Origin: Bacteroidota bacterium
Lineage (GTDB): Bacteria; Bacteroidota; Bacteroidia; 2-12-FULL-35-15
DNA length: 64,000 nt
Direction of reading: 5' to 3'
Assembly: GCA_040388745.1 (NCBI GenBank)
Contig: JAZKBF010000043.1
Location: 84,405-148,404 of the forward strand
Shown: positions 39,266 through 49,005 of the stretch, one piece after another
Position numbering within the stretch: the stretch's first letter is position 1
Layout: each line of letters opens with the position of its first letter
The notes under the pieces: model-generated
Told to the model about the DNA's origin: nothing
Seen by the model: only the letters and a program-made list of their open reading frames with translations
The model's database searches: none
Program-made: the position numbers and the translations under genes

Positions 39266-40894
39266 TTAGATGTTACTTTTAGAAAATATTTTTATTTGAA
39301 AATTGATCTTGTCAATAATTTGCCGTTCAGTTATATTAATCCCTTCATACTGATAGGCTTTAAAATTAAGCCAATGAGTTTTTGTTTCAATTAATTTACA
39401 GGAATCATCCGGTGTATATTTATGATATAAGGTTAAGTCATTCACGGGGTAAAAAAAACAACAATTCGTTACTACAAAAGTGTCGGGTTGAGTTTTTGCT
39501 TTTACGGGAAATTTTGAATAATCTATTATTTCTGTTTGATCCGGAGATACTGACCAGCCATTAACATACTCGCAAATGTTTTCGATGTTACTTAGATTGG
39601 TCGTTTCATTCAGCTTCCAATAAACATCTCTGGGGTATGAAAATGAACTATAATGGATAAAATTAGTTCCGAAATTTAATATAAAAACTAATGAGATCAT
39701 AAACAATACCAAATCCTTTTTCTTCGTTATTTTAATTAATAGCATATTTATTGAAAACAAAGAAAAGAGACAAATGAAGGGAACATATTGATGTAATGAT
39801 CTTCCCATTAAATATAAAGTATTAAAGAAATAGCCCACACTTGCGTAAGCTAAATACAAACCAAAAACTCCAATGCCTAACAACATGATAAGTGAATTTT
39901 GTTGGAAAGTTTTGTTTCTGATTTGATTTAACATTATTAAACAAAAAAGTGGGATGCATATTATCAAAATTATTCCTGTTACCCACTCTACCTCAAAAAG
40001 GTACTTAATTATAAATGTATATGATTCTTCGGAAGATCCTTGATTTACTATACTGGAAGCATGAAGTGCATCCGATATATAGGAGACTCCTCCAAGTCTG
40101 GACATTCCCTCAAAAATAAGCAAGCAATATATGCTTCCTAAAATATAATAGAATGAATGGTAAATTTTATTGAAAACATTTTTTTTAGTTAAATTATTAA
40201 AGAATAATAAAAATAAACCTAAGAAGAATAATGGGAAATATCCCGGATAAACTAAATAACCAAAAAATGAACCGATTCCTATAAGCACGGATATTTTAAA
40301 CGATAACTTGTCTTCTTTCGTATATTTAAAAATTTTATAAATGATCAAATAGAAGATCAAAAGACTGGTATCATACGCAAGCACATGTCTTAGATACAAG
40401 TATGAATTTGTTAATGAACTGTATAGTAAAACACTTAGTAAAGCTAAAAAGTTGTCCTTTAAAACCAATTTTGAAACTTTATAATGGACAATTAGGATAA
40501 AGCAATAAATAATAAAATTGAAAATAAATAATGGGTATGAATTATTGCTTTCATAAGTATATAGGTTAAATATGTAGGAAGTAAGTTGTTGTATGGCATT
40601 TGGAATAGTTGATAATATGACATCTCCAGGTTTGGATTTGGTTGAAAATATGTCTGTCATTGCTTCTCCTATCTTTAGTTCCGATAAGTCATGTAATGTT
40701 TGTTCTGCTGCAAAAAAGCGAAATTCATCAGGAAAGGTTAAGAAACCGGACCCCATTAAATTTAGTTTGATAACTGTAATCAGCACAATACTTGTAATCA
40801 CTAAATATTTTAGTGGCTGTTTGCTAAAGCAATAAGCTAAAGCTTGCAGTTTTAATTTTATTTTAATAAAAAATGTATTGATGGTTAAACTCAT
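39266..40894 (-). CDS. polytopic membrane protein with C-terminal ~140 aa soluble domain; GT-C-type candidate
   Basis: 542 aa; first loop FLTFPDEFRFFAAEQ (DE motif); ~11 TM then a soluble Cys-containing C-terminal domain (ArnT-like architecture). Confidence 0.4.
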   Translation of the reverse strand: MSLTINTFFIKIKLKLQALAYCFSKQPLKYLVITSIVLITVIKLNLMGSGFLTFPDEFRFFAAEQTLHDLSELKIGEAMTDIFSTKSKPGDVILSTIPNAIQQLTSYIFNLYTYESNNSYPLFIFNFIIYCFILIVHYKVSKLVLKDNFLALLSVLLYSSLTNSYLYLRHVLAYDTSLLIFYLIIYKIFKYTKEDKLSFKISVLIGIGSFFGYLVYPGYFPLFFLGLFLLFFNNLTKKNVFNKIYHSFYYILGSIYCLLIFEGMSRLGGVSYISDALHASSIVNQGSSEESYTFIIKYLFEVEWVTGIILIICIPLFCLIMLNQIRNKTFQQNSLIMLLGIGVFGLYLAYASVGYFFNTLYLMGRSLHQYVPFICLFSLFSINMLLIKITKKKDLVLFMISLVFILNFGTNFIHYSSFSYPRDVYWKLNETTNLSNIENICEYVNGWSVSPDQTEIIDYSKFPVKAKTQPDTFVVTNCCFFYPVNDLTLYHKYTPDDSCKLIETKTHWLNFKAYQYEGINITERQIIDKINFQIKIFSKSNI

Positions 40895-41036
40895 TTTTTA
40901 GATTTTTAATTTTTTGAAACTCCAGCTTTTTGATTAGGTAAATTCCTCTTTTACCCTTATCAATCGAAATTTCCGTGCATTATGATATTCTTTCCGTTTC
41001 GGCTGCATCCCATGAATACAACTAACTATTTCTTTT

Positions 41037-42530
41037 CTATTTGACTAAATTATGATTTTGTTTAAGAGTTTTTTGTTTAACCCCAAGAAAATATATAAAA
41101 ATAAAAGTTGGGAATAGTTGAAAAAATAATCTATGTATAGACGTAGAAAGATGGAATTCTAATGGCAATGGAGTTATAATGTAAATAAAGAAAAAGCCAA
41201 GTAGCATTAATAAGAACAAAATAAAAGCTGAAAGCAGGCTGTCTCGATTTTCTTTAAGATTGATACCTTTATAAATAATCCCAAAAAGAAATAACCACCA
41301 AGGGTTTATTACCCATTTCCCAAATGTTGTAAATTGTTCAAAATACCATTTACACACTGTTTCGTATCGGGAATAATCTGTTAGTTTAATAAATGTTTCT
41401 GCTCCTTGTGCACTCACAATGTCATTGGGTGGGGCGATTGAGATTTTGTAATATGCTATTAAAAATAAAATTGGCAACATACCCAACAATAAATATTTTA
41501 GTTCGGTTAACAATTCGCGATAATTTTTGAAAAAAAGCAGCGAAAATTGGGAACAAAATAAGCAGGCAATAAATAGTAATCCTTCATTTTTACTCCAGGC
41601 CGATAAACCAGCTGTAATTCCTGCTACAATTAATAATTGTGGTTTTATTGAGGCCTCTCTCCGTGCAAAAGTTAATAGTACAACTGTTGCAAGGTAGAAA
41701 AACCCTACCGTATTGTCGGCATACTGCGAGTCTCCCATTGTCATATAAAAAGGGGTGGCAAGTAGAATTAAGCCTGCAATTAGTCCTTTGGTTTTATTTG
41801 TAAAAATGCTTACTGAAGTGGCCAAAAAACCGATGGTGCAAAAAGTGAATGCAAAAGAAACAACTATAGGAGCCCATACACTTTCATTTTTCAAATACAA
41901 CCAACAGCGCGCTATATAGCCGGTTTGTAATAATGGATAATCCGGATGGAAGTCATCCGAAACCATTTGATGAAATAAATGTGGCCAATCAAAAGGAGCA
42001 AGGCTGATAAACTTAGCCTTTAAATTCCAATAATTAAATGCGTCCCATAAACCATGAGATTCTTTAATGCTATCAAAATAGAAAATGCCGGAGTCCATCA
42101 GCCATGCATAAAAATAAATTACGGTAAATAAAAGTAAAATTGGATTTTTAAGCAATTCCTCTCCCCAACAATTGAAGCTATTCCTCAAGCGCTTGGCAAT
42201 ACTATTAGAACCAGTTTTTGGTGATGGCTTTTGAAGCTGCAGTTCGGGTATAATATGTTTAAGCCCTGAAAATTGACCAATTGTTTTGTTTGATTTTTTG
42301 ATTTTAAAAGCCAGAAAAATGATCAATCCAATTTCTACCAAAGAAATCAAGAAAAATGGCAATTTTAATAAATTTAAAGAAATAAAAATAACTGATGAAA
42401 TCCCAATCCCTAAAGGTAGAGATAGGTTTATAAGAAAACGGAAATTGGTATTGTCATTTTTTTCAAAAACTAAAATACAGAACAAGAGTCCGAGAAAAAA
42501 CGATAATAATATTGAAAAAATAAGCATCAT
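41037..42530 (-). CDS. large polytopic membrane protein, paralog B of 27172..28596
   Basis: 497 aa; same conserved blocks as paralog A; has an extra ~25 aa insertion near residue 85-110. Confidence 0.5.
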   Translation of the reverse strand: MMLIFSILLSFFLGLLFCILVFEKNDNTNFRFLINLSLPLGIGISSVIFISLNLLKLPFFLISLVEIGLIIFLAFKIKKSNKTIGQFSGLKHIIPELQLQKPSPKTGSNSIAKRLRNSFNCWGEELLKNPILLLFTVIYFYAWLMDSGIFYFDSIKESHGLWDAFNYWNLKAKFISLAPFDWPHLFHQMVSDDFHPDYPLLQTGYIARCWLYLKNESVWAPIVVSFAFTFCTIGFLATSVSIFTNKTKGLIAGLILLATPFYMTMGDSQYADNTVGFFYLATVVLLTFARREASIKPQLLIVAGITAGLSAWSKNEGLLFIACLFCSQFSLLFFKNYRELLTELKYLLLGMLPILFLIAYYKISIAPPNDIVSAQGAETFIKLTDYSRYETVCKWYFEQFTTFGKWVINPWWLFLFGIIYKGINLKENRDSLLSAFILFLLMLLGFFFIYIITPLPLEFHLSTSIHRLFFQLFPTFIFIYFLGVKQKTLKQNHNLVK

Positions 42531-42976
42531 TTAGCAAGAACAATTAAACCATTATTAAAATCTTTTACAATATGCCAACCATTTTTCAAATGGAAGTTAG
42601 TTGAAGGTGTAATTTGTTTTGAGTTGTAAAGGTTATAGATAATCGTATCCCGAACAATTTGATTTCTTAAAATTAAATTAGGCGATAAATAGTATTGAGT
42701 AAGGATGTAATGAAGTGCCCCGGAAGCAAAGTCTTCATTGTTTTCTCCGATGTAAGTTAAATTGGTTGGCTTTGGAAATAGTTTTTTTATTTCTACAAAA
42801 CGATTTCCATATTGGGTAATGAAATCATTCCCATAGTCTTGTTTTGTAACTATTACAGGGTTTTCAAATTTGTCTTCATATTTAATAAATGAAGCATATA
42901 GTTGCCATACAAAAAAGCAGAGCAATGCTATCAATAGGATATTATTGGCAATTTTAATAATGGGTTCCTTCATCAA
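42527..42976 (-). CDS. small single-TM protein, paralog B of 28593..29045; 4-nt overlaps with genes on both sides
   Basis: 149 aa; C-terminal FHLKNGWHIVKDFNNGLIVLAK is nearly identical to paralog A; YGNDFITQYGNRF conserved. Confidence 0.5.
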   Translation of the reverse strand: MMKEPIIKIANNILLIALLCFFVWQLYASFIKYEDKFENPVIVTKQDYGNDFITQYGNRFVEIKKLFPKPTNLTYIGENNEDFASGALHYILTQYYLSPNLILRNQIVRDTIIYNLYNSKQITPSTNFHLKNGWHIVKDFNNGLIVLAK

Positions 42977-44439
42977 TCAAAAAATAATTTTTGAGGTAAA
43001 TTTCCCGAAACGTTAATTTTATTAAAACGTTTAAAATTTGTATGTTTCTTCACAGCCACGATCACCTGAAAAATCATTATTAAAAACATGATAAGAACAG
43101 GAATGATCCTGTCGAGGCGGATTAATGTTAAGGCATTGCCACTGAAATCGCCACCACGGAATAAAAAGTATAAACTTGGTAGACACAAAAATATGCCTAC
43201 ATAAAACATGATTGAAATATATTTTTTATAAAAAACATCTTTTTCTTTTAATATCGGCAATAATGCAAGAATTGGCAATACTGATGTAAATTGATATTCC
43301 CACACGGTATTATAACTTAAAAAGAAGGATAATGAAATTGCCATCACCAACAATAATGTACTTTCCAGGCGGATTTTTTTATCCTCAATAAAAGCAACTC
43401 CTATAGATAAAAACAAACTAACATAGATCGGTATTTTATAAATACCTGATGGTGTAGATTTTTCAGCGATAGTGTCTATAAATACAGGTAAAGAAAAAAC
43501 ATCAATATGCATGAGCTTGTATTCTGATTGCGCAATTAAATTCAACCAATGAATACTATTATCTCTCATATATTCATTTAAAACAAAATGGTTTTTATAA
43601 ATGTTCATATTTTCTTTTATAAAATCAAAGTCAAAGACAATACTTAGCAGTTTATTAAAACCAACCCCTTGCGGATTTAATTGCGGTAATAGTATAAAAA
43701 GCAGAGAAACAACTGAATAGATTATTAGACTTTTAATAGTTGTTTTGCGCGTTTCTTTTGTTAAAAGTAACAGTGGAAGCATTAGTAATACAATGGGTTT
43801 GCTGAAAAATGAAATAAGTAAGCCAACAAGGAGTTTTTTATTGGCGGCTTTTATATCCTTTTCATTCTCAGAATATGTTAATTCATAAATGGAAACTAAA
43901 ATTAAGGTAAGTGCAAGTACCAAAGGAGCGTGCATATTACCTACAAACAGCATCCAATAAGTAGGGAAGGCGCATAACATTAAAAAATAGGAGAGATGTT
44001 TTTTAAAATTATTTGTTGTTATTTTTGAGATCAGGTAACCACAATATGCCATTACTGCTATCGAAAAAAGGGCAAATAACCAGTAACTGGTCCATGGCGA
44101 AAAAAATGAAAACCAGGAAGCCACAAAAAGGCTGAATGCGGGATGTGCCAGGTACCAGGTGGAGTGGGGGCCATAAGGAGTCCCGCCCCAGGTGTCAAAT
44201 ATACTACGTCCTTCAAGCAGATTTAAAAAAGATTTTGGCACTGCAAAATAATCGATCCCCTGAACACTAGGATTCAGCTCTGCACCATAAAAAAACATGT
44301 TTAACCATCCGAAATGCAAGGATAGAAGCATTGTTGCAACTATTGCAATAGTTGCAATTGATAAATACCAGCCAGAATTTTGTTTCATATGTTTCAAAAG
44401 TATTAATTTTTTAGTTAGGGATTGAATTGATCTGCACAA
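42973..44439 (-). CDS. polytopic membrane protein, DUF2029/GT87-like (mannosyltransferase-like) candidate; start may be internal Met at 44388
   Basis: 488 aa, ~12 TM; general resemblance to the DUF2029 family; weak assignment. 4-nt overlap with the downstream small gene. Confidence 0.4.
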   Translation of the reverse strand: MCRSIQSLTKKLILLKHMKQNSGWYLSIATIAIVATMLLSLHFGWLNMFFYGAELNPSVQGIDYFAVPKSFLNLLEGRSIFDTWGGTPYGPHSTWYLAHPAFSLFVASWFSFFSPWTSYWLFALFSIAVMAYCGYLISKITTNNFKKHLSYFLMLCAFPTYWMLFVGNMHAPLVLALTLILVSIYELTYSENEKDIKAANKKLLVGLLISFFSKPIVLLMLPLLLLTKETRKTTIKSLIIYSVVSLLFILLPQLNPQGVGFNKLLSIVFDFDFIKENMNIYKNHFVLNEYMRDNSIHWLNLIAQSEYKLMHIDVFSLPVFIDTIAEKSTPSGIYKIPIYVSLFLSIGVAFIEDKKIRLESTLLLVMAISLSFFLSYNTVWEYQFTSVLPILALLPILKEKDVFYKKYISIMFYVGIFLCLPSLYFLFRGGDFSGNALTLIRLDRIIPVLIMFLIMIFQVIVAVKKHTNFKRFNKINVSGNLPQKLFFD

Positions 44440-44475
44440 AATGAACTAAATTCTGTTAACTTTACATCCCAATTA

Positions 44476-45312
44476 ATGGCACTACTCGGACTTTTTAATA
44501 ATTCAAAAAACGCATCAGGTGAAATGTCCTTTTGGGGGCATATTGATGCATTGCGTGGACACCTTGTCCGATCTGTATTAGTGGTACTGGTAATAACCGG
44601 AGTTTTATTCTGCTTCCCTGAATTTTTGTTTGATACCATAATTTTTGGTCCACTTAATAGTGATTTCATCACTTACAGAGGCTTCTGCCAGCTATCTCAT
44701 TTTCTTAACCTTGGCGATCAGTTATGTTTTGGCCATTATACTTTTAAACTTCAGAGCCTTGGTTTAGGGGATCAGTTTACTTCACTCATGTGGATTTCCT
44801 TTTTAGGCGGTTTAATAATTGGTTCTCCATATTTATTATGGGAGATATGGCGTTTTATCAAACCTGCTTTGCGCGATAAAGAAAAAAAGGCCTCAACAGG
44901 GTTCATTATTGCATCTACCTTATTGTTTTTAACGGGGGTCTTATTCAGCTATTACATTATCGTTCCCTTATCAATTAATTTTTTAGGTAATTACCAGGTA
45001 AGTAAAATGGTCGAAAATAATTTCACCATGGATTCATACATTTCCACCGTTACAACACTTACACTTGCTTCTGGAATTGTATTTGAGTTGCCTGTATTTG
45101 TTTATTTTTTAACCAAATTTGGATTAATTACTCCGGAGTTTATGCGAAAATACCGCAAACATGCGGTGGTAGTGATATTAGTGGCAGCTGCAATTATTAC
45201 ACCCTCTCCGGATGTTACCTCGCAAATGTTGGTAGCTTTTCCTCTCTATTTCTTGTATGAGGCTAGTATATTTGTTTCGACATACGTAATTAAAAAAAAG
45301 ACTAAATTGTAA
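44476..45312 (+). CDS. tatC: twin-arginine translocase subunit TatC
   Basis: 278 aa; SFWGHIDALRGHLVRS N-terminus, six TM, PFLLWE-like motif (PYLLWEIWRFIKPAL). Confidence 0.85.
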   Translation: MALLGLFNNSKNASGEMSFWGHIDALRGHLVRSVLVVLVITGVLFCFPEFLFDTIIFGPLNSDFITYRGFCQLSHFLNLGDQLCFGHYTFKLQSLGLGDQFTSLMWISFLGGLIIGSPYLLWEIWRFIKPALRDKEKKASTGFIIASTLLFLTGVLFSYYIIVPLSINFLGNYQVSKMVENNFTMDSYISTVTTLTLASGIVFELPVFVYFLTKFGLITPEFMRKYRKHAVVVILVAAAIITPSPDVTSQMLVAFPLYFLYEASIFVSTYVIKKKTKL

Positions 45313-45368
45313 GTAATTTATCTGCAGGCAATTAATCAAAAGGCAATTTAACCAACACTTTTTCTTAA

Positions 45369-45442
45369 AATTGTAATAATTCATTTTTTCGAATTCAGTA
45401 AATTAATCAACTCAGTTTCGTAAATTTGTAATAATTCATTTA
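45369..45442. repeat. direct repeats TTGTAATAATTCATTT x2 (plus a degenerate third) in the promoter region of the DUF5686 gene
   Basis: Read directly at 45369-45386 and 45425-45442; the degenerate copy is at ~45459. Confidence 0.5.
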
Positions 45443-45487
45443 TTGGTAACGCTTTAAATTCTTAATAATACATTATCAACATCAACA

Positions 45488-47986
45488 TTGACTAAAAAAT
45501 TAAAATATTGTTTATTACAGCTTGTATTGGTATCGTCAGTGTTGATGCTTGCCTTACCTCAATCATGTTTCGCTCAAACCACTAAAGTGAGCGGAAAAAT
45601 AGTTGATGCGATCACACGTGAACCATTGCCCTTTGTTAATGTGCTTTTAAAAGGCACTAAAGCAGCAGGAGCAAGTGATATTGAAGGTAATTACATTGTT
45701 TCCACTTCCGAAAAGTGTGATTCCATTATTATTTCTTTTGTTGGCTATAATCGTGTGATAAGAGCCATCAAATATGGTGCTATCCAGGAAATAAACATCG
45801 GACTTACACAAGGTGTGGATCTGGTTACCGTAGAAGTACGTCCGGGTGAAAATCCTGCACACCGGATCCTCCGAAAAATCATTGCAAATAAAGATAAAAA
45901 CGATAGTGAGGAGTTAAGTGCCTACCAATATGAAGCCTATAACAAAATAGAATTTGATTTGAACAATATTCCTGATGAGTTTAAAAACAAAAAACTGCTT
46001 CAGCCATTTTCTTTTATTTTCGATAATATTGATAGTTCCAATGTTCGGGAAAAGCCTTATTTGCCGGTTTTTATGACCGAATCATTATCCGAATATTATT
46101 ATCGGAAAAATCCGAAAACACATAATGAAATTATAAAGGCAAGTAAAGTTGCAGGTCTTGAAAATGCAAGTGTTTCCCAATTTATGGGTGATATGTATCA
46201 GAAGGTAAATATATATGACAATACCATTATCGTATTTAGCAAAACGTTCATCAGCCCCATCTCAGATAATGCACTGTTTTTTTACAAATTTTATTTGATT
46301 GATAGTATGGAAATTGACGGCCATAAATGCTATCAATTACAATTTAAACCAAAACGTAAGCAGGAGTTAACTTTTACAGGAAATTTGTGGGCAGCAGACA
46401 GTTCATTTGCTATCAAACAAATAGAAATGAGTATTGCTACTGATGCCAATATTAATTTTATAAATTCAACTGCTGTAGTTCAGACATACACGGAAGTGGA
46501 CAATGCCTGGATGATGCAAAAGGAGCGTTTGATAATCGATTTTAACCCTTTCCCAATTGATCAGAAAGTGAAATCCCTTATGGGTATTTATGGTCGAAAA
46601 ACAGCTTCATACAATAGTTTTAAGATCAATAAACCTGAGGATGATAAGTTTTACTCGCTTACTGATAATTTAAAAGTTGCTGATGATGCTTTTAATAAAA
46701 CAAATGATTTCTGGAATGAGAAACGACATGATTCATTATCAAAAAATGAAAAAGAAATTTATCACATGGTGGATACATTGCAATCATTGCCAATATACCG
46801 CACATGGGTTGATATCATACAGTTATTTGTAACGGGATATAAAACCAAAGGTAACTTTGAGTATGGTCCTTATTACAATATATATAGTTTTAACGAAATT
46901 GAAGGTCAGCGTTTTCGTTTTGGCGGACGTACGAGCGATAAATTCAGTAAATGGTATGAGTTAAGCGGGTATGTGGCTTTTGGTACCCGGGATGAAAGAT
47001 TAAAATACAGTTTGGGAATGCGGTGTTTTCTGGAAAAAAAGCCACGTACGCTTGTGGGGATGTATTACAAAAATGATAATGAGATTTTAGGGCAGAGTCA
47101 AAATGGATTTACAACCGATAACATTCTTGCATCGCTTTTTAGAATAACTCCCTTACGTAATTTAACAAGTGTAAAGCAGGTAAATGCCTATATCGAACGT
47201 GAGTGGTTTACGGGCTTTAGTTCTAAGCTAAGTTTTTTTAACAGGCAAATGTCGCCTCTTGCAGATTTTCATTACGAGTATCAGAAAACCCCCTATAAAA
47301 CTGCATTTAAGGAGAGCATCACCACATCCGAAGTACGTTTATTAACACGATTTGCATTCGATGAAAAATACCTCAGTGGGACTTTTACCCGAGCCAGTTT
47401 AGGAACACGTTATCCTGTCATTCAGGCCCAATACACCTTAGGCATTAAAAATTTATTTTTCAGCGATTATGATTATCAAAAACTAACAGTAAATCTGGAC
47501 GACCGTATTCGGATTAATCCGATTGGATATTTTGATTACGTACTGGAGTATGGAAAAACGTGGGGCAAATTGCCTTACCCCTTAATGACAATTCATGGTG
47601 GTAACGAAACCTATATTTACGATATATACGCCTACAATAGCATGAATTACTACGAATTTGTGAGTGATGAGTATGCATCATTAACTTTATCCCACCATTT
47701 TGATGGGTTCTTTTTAAATAAAATTCCATTAATGCGGAGATTAAAATGGAGAGAGGTTGTTGGAGGGAAAGCTTTAATTGGCAGGGCAAATCAAACGAAT
47801 AATGATTTGCTTATTTTCCCTGCTTTTCTAACCACACTTAATAAAGGCCCTTATATTGAAACATCAGCAGGTATCGAAAATATATTTAAGATCTTTAGGT
47901 TGGATGCTGTTTGGCGGATGTCTTATTTAGATAACCCTAGAGCTATTCCATTTAGTATTAAAGGAACACTTCAGTTCTCTTTTTAA
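45488..47986 (+). CDS. DUF5686 + carboxypeptidase-regulatory-like domain outer-membrane protein
   Basis: 832 aa; signal peptide; N-terminal CarbopepD_reg-like ([24 protein letters not shown]); long beta-rich body ending in an aromatic residue; this architecture is widespread in Bacteroidota. Confidence 0.65.
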   Translation: MTKKLKYCLLQLVLVSSVLMLALPQSCFAQTTKVSGKIVDAITREPLPFVNVLLKGTKAAGASDIEGNYIVSTSEKCDSIIISFVGYNRVIRAIKYGAIQEINIGLTQGVDLVTVEVRPGENPAHRILRKIIANKDKNDSEELSAYQYEAYNKIEFDLNNIPDEFKNKKLLQPFSFIFDNIDSSNVREKPYLPVFMTESLSEYYYRKNPKTHNEIIKASKVAGLENASVSQFMGDMYQKVNIYDNTIIVFSKTFISPISDNALFFYKFYLIDSMEIDGHKCYQLQFKPKRKQELTFTGNLWAADSSFAIKQIEMSIATDANINFINSTAVVQTYTEVDNAWMMQKERLIIDFNPFPIDQKVKSLMGIYGRKTASYNSFKINKPEDDKFYSLTDNLKVADDAFNKTNDFWNEKRHDSLSKNEKEIYHMVDTLQSLPIYRTWVDIIQLFVTGYKTKGNFEYGPYYNIYSFNEIEGQRFRFGGRTSDKFSKWYELSGYVAFGTRDERLKYSLGMRCFLEKKPRTLVGMYYKNDNEILGQSQNGFTTDNILASLFRITPLRNLTSVKQVNAYIEREWFTGFSSKLSFFNRQMSPLADFHYEYQKTPYKTAFKESITTSEVRLLTRFAFDEKYLSGTFTRASLGTRYPVIQAQYTLGIKNLFFSDYDYQKLTVNLDDRIRINPIGYFDYVLEYGKTWGKLPYPLMTIHGGNETYIYDIYAYNSMNYYEFVSDEYASLTLSHHFDGFFLNKIPLMRRLKWREVVGGKALIGRANQTNNDLLIFPAFLTTLNKGPYIETSAGIENIFKIFRLDAVWRMSYLDNPRAIPFSIKGTLQFSF

Positions 47987-47996
47987 TTTTACAACT

Positions 47997-48749
47997 ATGA
48001 TTCTACGTACAGATAATTTAATAAAAAAATACAGAAGCCGTACCGTTGCAAAAAACGTAAGCGTTGAAGTAAAGCAAGGCGAAATTGTTGGACTTTTAGG
48101 TCCTAATGGTGCCGGGAAAACTACATCATTTTATATGATAGTTGGAATGATACAGCCCAATTCCGGTAAAATATTTTTAGATGATAAAGATATTACCAAC
48201 GAACCAATGTATAAACGAGCACAACTCGGAATTGGTTATTTGGCGCAGGAAGCATCTGTTTTCAGAAAATTGAGTGTGGAAGATAATATCCGTGCGATAT
48301 TAGAAATGACGAAATTAAATAAAGAAGAACAGAGTGCTAAGCTTGAAGAGTTATTGAATGAATTTCATTTGCAGCACATCCGAAAAAATTTGGGCGACAG
48401 ATTATCCGGTGGTGAACGCAGACGTACAGAAATTGCACGTTGCTTAGCTGCCGATCCTAAATTTATTTTATTAGATGAACCCTTTGCAGGAGTTGACCCA
48501 ATTGCTGTTGAAGATATTCAGCAAATTGTAGCAAAACTTAAACAACGAAATATCGGTATATTAATTACTGATCACAATGTGCAGGAAACCTTGCAAATAA
48601 CTGATCGCGCCTATTTGCTTTTTGAAGGAAGTATTTTGAAAGCAGGAACTGCTGAAGAATTGGCTGGTGATGAGCAGGTACGCAGAGTTTACTTGGGCAA
48701 AAATTTTGAATTACGTGAAAAAAAATACGATCAACCTAATGTTATTTAA
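47997..48749 (+). CDS. lptB: LPS export ABC transporter ATP-binding protein LptB
   Basis: 250 aa; Walker [10 protein letters not shown], signature LSGGERRR, Walker [12 protein letters not shown]; length and C-terminal tail typical of LptB. Confidence 0.85.
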   Translation: MILRTDNLIKKYRSRTVAKNVSVEVKQGEIVGLLGPNGAGKTTSFYMIVGMIQPNSGKIFLDDKDITNEPMYKRAQLGIGYLAQEASVFRKLSVEDNIRAILEMTKLNKEEQSAKLEELLNEFHLQHIRKNLGDRLSGGERRRTEIARCLAADPKFILLDEPFAGVDPIAVEDIQQIVAKLKQRNIGILITDHNVQETLQITDRAYLLFEGSILKAGTAEELAGDEQVRRVYLGKNFELREKKYDQPNVI

Positions 48750-48874
48750 CAAAATAACATTGGGTCATGCTGAACTTGTTTCAGCATATAAACAGCTTCT
48801 CTGAGTAGTTTGAATGAAAATCAATGGACATTTTATATTTAATTCGTTAAGTAATCAACTTGCTTTTTCGATAA

Positions 48875-48926
48875 TCTCGAAATGACCTGTGCGCTGTCAT
48901 TTCGAGCTTGTCGAGAAAAGTGTGTG
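48875..48926. repeat. copy 3 of the dispersed palindromic repeat family (TCGAAATGAC...GTCATTTCGAGCTTGTCGAG)
   Basis: 10 bp stem tcgaaatgac/gtcatttcga; shares GTGCGCTG and TGAGCTTGTCGA-like segments with copies at 9514 and 58619. Confidence 0.45.
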
Positions 48927-49005
48927 TAAGCATTTTTACTGGAAATTTTCTTTGTAAATAGTAGGATGTATTTAACTTATATAAAAGTCTAATATTACAA
49001 CGCTT

